Source of the DNA: a bacterium
GTDB taxonomy: Bacteria; Hinthialibacterota; Hinthialibacteria; Hinthialibacterales; Hinthialibacteraceae
Assembly (NCBI GenBank): GCA_963662285.2
Contig: CAXXMV010000001.1
Location: 224,001 to 288,000, forward strand
Reading direction: 5' to 3'
Length of the DNA stretch: 64,000 bases
The position numbers and the translations under genes were made by a program. Below the pieces are notes generated by a model, which was not told the DNA's origin, did no database searches, and saw only the letters and a program-made list of their open reading frames with translations. Below are positions 59,185 through 64,000 of the stretch, piece by piece (position 1 is the stretch's first letter; each line of letters starts with the position of its first letter).

Positions 59185-59832
59185 TTATGCTGCTGTCTTT
59201 TTCTTATAAAGTTTTTTATACAATTTCTGCGTGCATACCGTTTCAAGATGCGCTAGAAACTTTTTGTACCGTTCCAGTTTCCGCGCTAGATGATATTGTA
59301 AAAAAAGCCCCGGCAACGCCATAACCAATCCGGTTTCGGTTGTTATCAGCGCTTCCGAGATCCCTTCGGCAACAAGCCCCATCGTCTCCTCTCCTCCCGA
59401 ACCGTGGGCAAGAGCGGCAAACGTGGCCAGCATTCCCGTTACCGTTCCAAGCAATCCAATCAGGGGAGCCGCACTGACACAAATTTTCATGACACGCAAA
59501 TCGCGTTCAAAGGGAGTGATTTCCGTTGACCGCAGTTCTTCAAAAAAGACTGATGAATCTTTCAGGGATTTGGCCCCCGTGACAAAATCCAGCAACTCGC
59601 CAACCGGGCCTTTCCGCGCTTTTGGATGATTGATCCAATGCCGCCATTTTTTTTCACGCACCCGGGTAAATCCTTTTCCAGAAAGCCGAAGATGAACATG
59701 CACACCCAAACCGAACATCACCATGGCGATGGCCGCAATCGCAATCATCGCCCATCCGCCGGATACCCATATCTCGATAGCCTGCTGCCATAATTCCGTC
59801 AGGTATTCTGTTATAGTATTGATACGGCTCAT
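59185..59832 (-). CDS. exbB: MotA/TolQ/ExbB proton channel protein
   Basis: APLIGLLGTVTGM; GISEALITT. Confidence 0.92.
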   Translation of the reverse strand: MSRINTITEYLTELWQQAIEIWVSGGWAMIAIAAIAMVMFGLGVHVHLRLSGKGFTRVREKKWRHWINHPKARKGPVGELLDFVTGAKSLKDSSVFFEELRSTEITPFERDLRVMKICVSAAPLIGLLGTVTGMLATFAALAHGSGGEETMGLVAEGISEALITTETGLVMALPGLFLQYHLARKLERYKKFLAHLETVCTQKLYKKLYKKKTAA

Positions 59833-59846
59833 GATCCGGTTACCAA

Positions 59847-61472
59847 TTATTTATCGTTCCCATTTGAGACGCTGCTTCCGCCCGGTGTGATTTGACTGAC
59901 TAATTGGCCGACTTGATTGAGAACGGGCATACTCTCCAGATCAAGTTTCGGATAAACCGGTCCCGGATTTTCGGATTCTTCATCATCCACAACCGGTAAC
60001 TGAGATTGTTCCTGCTTCTTGGGCAAGCGCTCTGATGGATTCTTCTCCGGATATTCACGGTACGGTGTTTTTCCGATTTGATTGATCAAAGACACGGCGG
60101 CTTGTTCCATCTGATTGATAACGCCTTTCGCTTTCCGTGAAAGAAAAGCATGCAGTAAAAGAGATGGAATCGCTACAATCAAACCGAATTCCGTTGTTAT
60201 AAGCGCCTCGGAAATTCCTCCGGATAGAGTTTTTACATCTCCCGAACCAAAGACGGTAATCAGTTTGAAGGTATTGATGATCCCGGTGACAGTACCCAGC
60301 AGTCCAAGTAACGGAGCGGATGCGGCACTGATGGCAATAAAGGGAAGAAAACTGTCCAGTTTCAGACGGGCGGCCAAAACTCGTTCGTACATGATTTCTT
60401 CAATCAATTCGCGCGGTTCCTTGAGATGTTCGACACCGGCCTGCAGCATTCTGCCAACCGGGCCTTTGATTGCTTTGGCATTTTCTACAGCGGCCTTTTT
60501 ATCATGTGTTGCGATTGCGTCAAGCAGCGCTTGAATGCGTTTTTGAGACGGTTTGCGTATAAACAACATCCCCAGCCATTTAAACAAAGCCACAAGGAAG
60601 GCCGCGCCGGCCAAGGCAAAGATCGGGTACATAACCACACCGCCTTTTTTGACATGGGCGAGAAAGGATTCCTGGGTTTCTTCAATTTTATGCGCATTGC
60701 CGAGGGTTGGATCGAGAAGAAAAGCGCCACCGTTACCTGAAATCAATTGAGCCGCAACATCTGCATCTTCAGGCGCGCCAAAAGGAATCACTGCCGGTTC
60801 CAGCGATCCCAGGCGTTGTTCAGCCGTTCCTATAATTTCACCGTCGTTGGACTGAAAAAGCGCGGCCGGACCTGCCAATACAAACGTTCCCGGTTTTACA
60901 ATTCCATTGGGATCGACCGCCGTGCCTTCAAAACGGGCTCCTCCCAACGCATCGTCCAACCGCTCAATGGCTGTTTCAAGAAGACCGGCTTGTGCCTTGA
61001 AAACTTCCTGCCCGGAGAGATTGCTGTTTTCTGTCGCTAATTTCGCTGCCATCAAGGGTTCTTGATAACGGCCCACCTCCGCGATATGCAGGCGGGATTC
61101 AAAATTACGGACATAATCACTCAGTAAATTAGTCAGGTAGGATGATTCTTGCTGACGGGATTTAATTTCCGTTCGCAGATTGCTTAAATCGAGAGCCCGG
61201 CTATCCAGCAGGCGGGTCGTATCTTGATATTTCTGGCGAACATCGGTGAGTTCCTTCTCTAACTCACTCAGTTTGCGGCTTAGCGGAATCGTTTCCCGGG
61301 CGGCTTGTTCGCGCAACTGATTGAGTTCGGCGACACTCTCAACGAGCCTTTGCTGGAATGATTGAGCGGCCTCCCCAAATGCATTTTCATTGGATTGGGC
61401 CGCATCTTGCGCGCTTGCCGTAAACGCAATGATGAGAGAGCCAAGCAGGATAAGTATTGTTTCTGTTTTCAT
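59847..61472 (-). CDS. TtpC-like long MotA/TolQ/ExbB protein
   Basis: Signal peptide, coiled coil, LDPT, PLLGLLGTVTG, GISEALITT. Confidence 0.88.
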   Translation of the reverse strand: MKTETILILLGSLIIAFTASAQDAAQSNENAFGEAAQSFQQRLVESVAELNQLREQAARETIPLSRKLSELEKELTDVRQKYQDTTRLLDSRALDLSNLRTEIKSRQQESSYLTNLLSDYVRNFESRLHIAEVGRYQEPLMAAKLATENSNLSGQEVFKAQAGLLETAIERLDDALGGARFEGTAVDPNGIVKPGTFVLAGPAALFQSNDGEIIGTAEQRLGSLEPAVIPFGAPEDADVAAQLISGNGGAFLLDPTLGNAHKIEETQESFLAHVKKGGVVMYPIFALAGAAFLVALFKWLGMLFIRKPSQKRIQALLDAIATHDKKAAVENAKAIKGPVGRMLQAGVEHLKEPRELIEEIMYERVLAARLKLDSFLPFIAISAASAPLLGLLGTVTGIINTFKLITVFGSGDVKTLSGGISEALITTEFGLIVAIPSLLLHAFLSRKAKGVINQMEQAAVSLINQIGKTPYREYPEKNPSERLPKKQEQSQLPVVDDEESENPGPVYPKLDLESMPVLNQVGQLVSQITPGGSSVSNGNDK

Positions 61473-61488
61473 GATAATCCCGTGTTAT

Positions 61489-62334
61489 TTATTTGATTTC
61501 GATGGGCAACCGGACAAAAGAGGCTACTTGTTCGTTTTTCAAAATAGAAATGGCCTTCGCGATTTCCCCGGCGGCATCGTTTGCGGGTTTCCATGCCCAA
61601 CCCTCTTCTGAAACGGTTCCTATTCCCGCAATCGTTCCATTTGCACCAGAGTAGTACCCCTGCCCGAGACCGAGATAGAGCGCGGTCACTTCCGCGGATG
61701 TGCCATCCGGCAACATACGTACCTCGCTGACAATCCGGATGTCCCGGTTGAATTTACCGATCTCATTGAGAATCCCGACAACATTTTGGAAACGTTCAGA
61801 AATTGTGAGTTTGGTTTCTTCCGCGCGGTCCGGCAAACGTTGGCTCAGAGGTTTGATATGCTCCCGAATAGGATCGGGAAGCCGTGTCAATAATTTTATT
61901 GTGTTCTCTTCCAACGAAGTACAGACGCCAACGAGCTCGATGGAAACCTCTTTAAGCAAATCGTTCTCTTGAATCAAATCAGCCCGCTTTTTATCGGCTT
62001 CCGCAATGCTCTTTTCCGCATCGGTAATCTTTTCCAGAAGTGATTGAATCTCCCGCCGGACCAATTCTATTCTCTCATTGAGCATTTCCTTGGATAGTTC
62101 CAGGTCACGCTTTTCCTTCGAAATAACGCGCTGAGTCTCCACCCATTTTTCCAATGCGGTACGAGTCTCTTCAATCGTCCCGGCGGTTTTGTCATCCGTT
62201 ACAGCCGCGCAAGGTATAAAAACAACCATCCAGACAAGAAAGACCGCTCCTGCCAACAGACGGTGATGAATGATTTCAAGCGATAGAATCCAGCGTGCAG
62301 CCCGGTATTCCCCATCTTGTGTTATACGTTTCAT
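61489..62334 (-). CDS. DUF3450-family (TtpB-like) protein
   Basis: Coiled coil, SERFQ, LYLGLG, C-terminal LPI; position upstream of ttpC. Confidence 0.8.
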   Translation of the reverse strand: MKRITQDGEYRAARWILSLEIIHHRLLAGAVFLVWMVVFIPCAAVTDDKTAGTIEETRTALEKWVETQRVISKEKRDLELSKEMLNERIELVRREIQSLLEKITDAEKSIAEADKKRADLIQENDLLKEVSIELVGVCTSLEENTIKLLTRLPDPIREHIKPLSQRLPDRAEETKLTISERFQNVVGILNEIGKFNRDIRIVSEVRMLPDGTSAEVTALYLGLGQGYYSGANGTIAGIGTVSEEGWAWKPANDAAGEIAKAISILKNEQVASFVRLPIEIK

Positions 62335-62669
62335 AATCCGGTGATCCTTTTTATCATTACTATTGGTTATCTGTTTTCATCGCGACAAAATGCATGTCTT
62401 TCATTGTGAACACGGCATACATGAACATGTATAATGTATCCATTAAATATAAGGATTCTGTTAGTGATATGTTTTTCTATTGTTACCTGCAGATTAGCGG
62501 AGAAGGTCTGATTTTTTTTTCTATACAATACTTGCTCACACAATCTACAATCAATCCGAATCACAACAACCTATTCATCTCATTTTGGTTACTATCTATT
62601 CAGATACTCTGTATATAGCAGCTGGTCATTTGGGCATTCCATTATGTTAGTTTTGTGTTAAGGAACTGT

Positions 62670-64000
62670 TTAGAAAGTTGCACTCACGGATAGCGAAAAC
62701 TCAATCCCTTTTTTATAGGATGTTTTCAAAACATCACCACCGATGTATTCGGAACGGTAAACGGATTCAATGGCGGGATTGAGTAAATTCTTGGCTTGAA
62801 ACTTGAGTTTCCAGTTCTTTCCAAAACTTTGAGTTGCGCTTAGATTGAGTGTTCCATACTCGGTCTCATAAACACTGGGTACGAACTTGCCATCCGCCTG
62901 ACCGGCGCCAGCCACCAGCGTGTCTCCCCGCACGGTATAAAAAAGACCGGCTTGTGTACCTTTCATTCCCAAATCCGTCAGGTCGTACATGAGAAAGAAA
63001 TTGTAGAGATATTCGGGCGCATTGGTCATATCTCTTGTAGGCATGGGAGCCATGATATTCGGTTCTTTCAACTGTGCGGCTTCGAAATCCGGAAGCGTCA
63101 CTTCGGAATCAATAAATGTTGCATTGGCCCCAATTGAAAGGCCATTGAGTGTATCCCAAATTTGCCCCATTTTCTGACGGATTTCGATCTCGTACCCGCT
63201 CAGTTTCCCTTCGGGATAGTTCACCGGCGTTGTATAACCAAAATCGGCGATCCGTTGCACGTATTCGATTGGATCCTGGATGTCTTTATAGAAAAAGGAT
63301 AAGGAAATCAATCCTCCTTCATAGGGTGTATAATCAGTCCGGATATCGTAGTTCTTCAAGGCGCTCATCTTAAGGAATGGATTACCGATAAACACATCTC
63401 CGCCCAGAAATTCCTGCTGCTGAATCGGCGTGAGTTCCTTGAACGTCTGACGGGCAATCGTTTGGCTGTACGAACCATGCAGTTTGATTTGATCGATGGG
63501 CGTCATAACAAATCCCAGTGAAGGCAGCATGTCGTTTTGTGTATAGTCGACATCTGCTTGCCCCGGTTTCAATTCAACCGAACCGGGAGATCCAGGCGGA
63601 ATCCAGGTCACCTCGTCCTCCGGAAAATTCTCGATGCCGATATCCGTCTTTTCGTGCCGGACTCCGCCGATGAACTTGAATCTCGAGTTCAATGGTAAAT
63701 CCGTCATATAATACCAGGCCGTAATATCCTGTTCGCCCTTGTAATCCACATCGATTTCGGCGGCCGTTACAGGATGATTTTCCGACGGGAAAACACCACT
63801 CCAATAGTCATCCCAATAACTTTCGCATTGAGCGCTGTTATCATTGAAATTACTAAAGGAATCCTGATTGTACTGACGGTCAACCCGGTCGCTGAAATGC
63901 CCGAATTTCAGATATCCCTTATCTCCGGTCCATTGTTCGAACGGGAATTTCAGATCGAAATAATATTGATTGCTATCCTCGGATATATCTTTCCAGATTC
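62670..64000 (-). CDS. TonB-dependent receptor (C-terminal part; continues beyond the window)
   Basis: Frame open to the window edge; YSQTIARQTF, GNPFL, KNLLN; terminal Phe. Confidence 0.92.
   Translation of the reverse strand, partial: IWKDISEDSNQYYFDLKFPFEQWTGDKGYLKFGHFSDRVDRQYNQDSFSNFNDNSAQCESYWDDYWSGVFPSENHPVTAAEIDVDYKGEQDITAWYYMTDLPLNSRFKFIGGVRHEKTDIGIENFPEDEVTWIPPGSPGSVELKPGQADVDYTQNDMLPSLGFVMTPIDQIKLHGSYSQTIARQTFKELTPIQQQEFLGGDVFIGNPFLKMSALKNYDIRTDYTPYEGGLISLSFFYKDIQDPIEYVQRIADFGYTTPVNYPEGKLSGYEIEIRQKMGQIWDTLNGLSIGANATFIDSEVTLPDFEAAQLKEPNIMAPMPTRDMTNAPEYLYNFFLMYDLTDLGMKGTQAGLFYTVRGDTLVAGAGQADGKFVPSVYETEYGTLNLSATQSFGKNWKLKFQAKNLLNPAIESVYRSEYIGGDVLKTSYKKGIEFSLSVSATF

Overview
The window comes from a Gram-negative bacterium (TonB/ExbBD cluster, ECF sigma plus FecR) and is almost entirely accessory DNA. 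A 5'-truncated tRNA-Gly(CCC) at 53985-54029 looks like an att scar. It has short direct repeats on both sides, which suggests a junction between tandem islands. To its left lies a mosaic element of about 50 kb. The backbone looks archaeal: an Orc1/Cdc6 initiator, a pair of inverted ORB-like boxes around an AT-rich spacer, several BRE/TATA-like motifs, a HerA ATPase fused to wHTH and PD-(D/E)xK-like domains, AbrB, a small serine recombinase with a probable ATA start, and ArdC. The cargo has three parts. (i) A complete dndA/dndBCDE phosphorothioation cluster with no recognisable dndFGH. It converges with an unusual five-gene operon (small protein, second DndD-like ATPase, DndE-HerA fusion, GHKL ATPase, SAM-methyltransferase-like gene split by ISL3). 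(ii) A MoxR-VWA module. (iii) An ECF sigma/FecR pair with a conserved candidate promoter in front of large secreted proteins, four of which share a C-terminal motif. One IS66 and two apparently identical ISL3 copies each have TIRs and an 8-bp TSD. To the right of the scar are a decayed FGE/CLec gene ending in a DGR template-repeat-like segment (no RT in the window) and a TtpC/TonB2-type operon. All product calls come from motif recognition by eye; no database searches were run.
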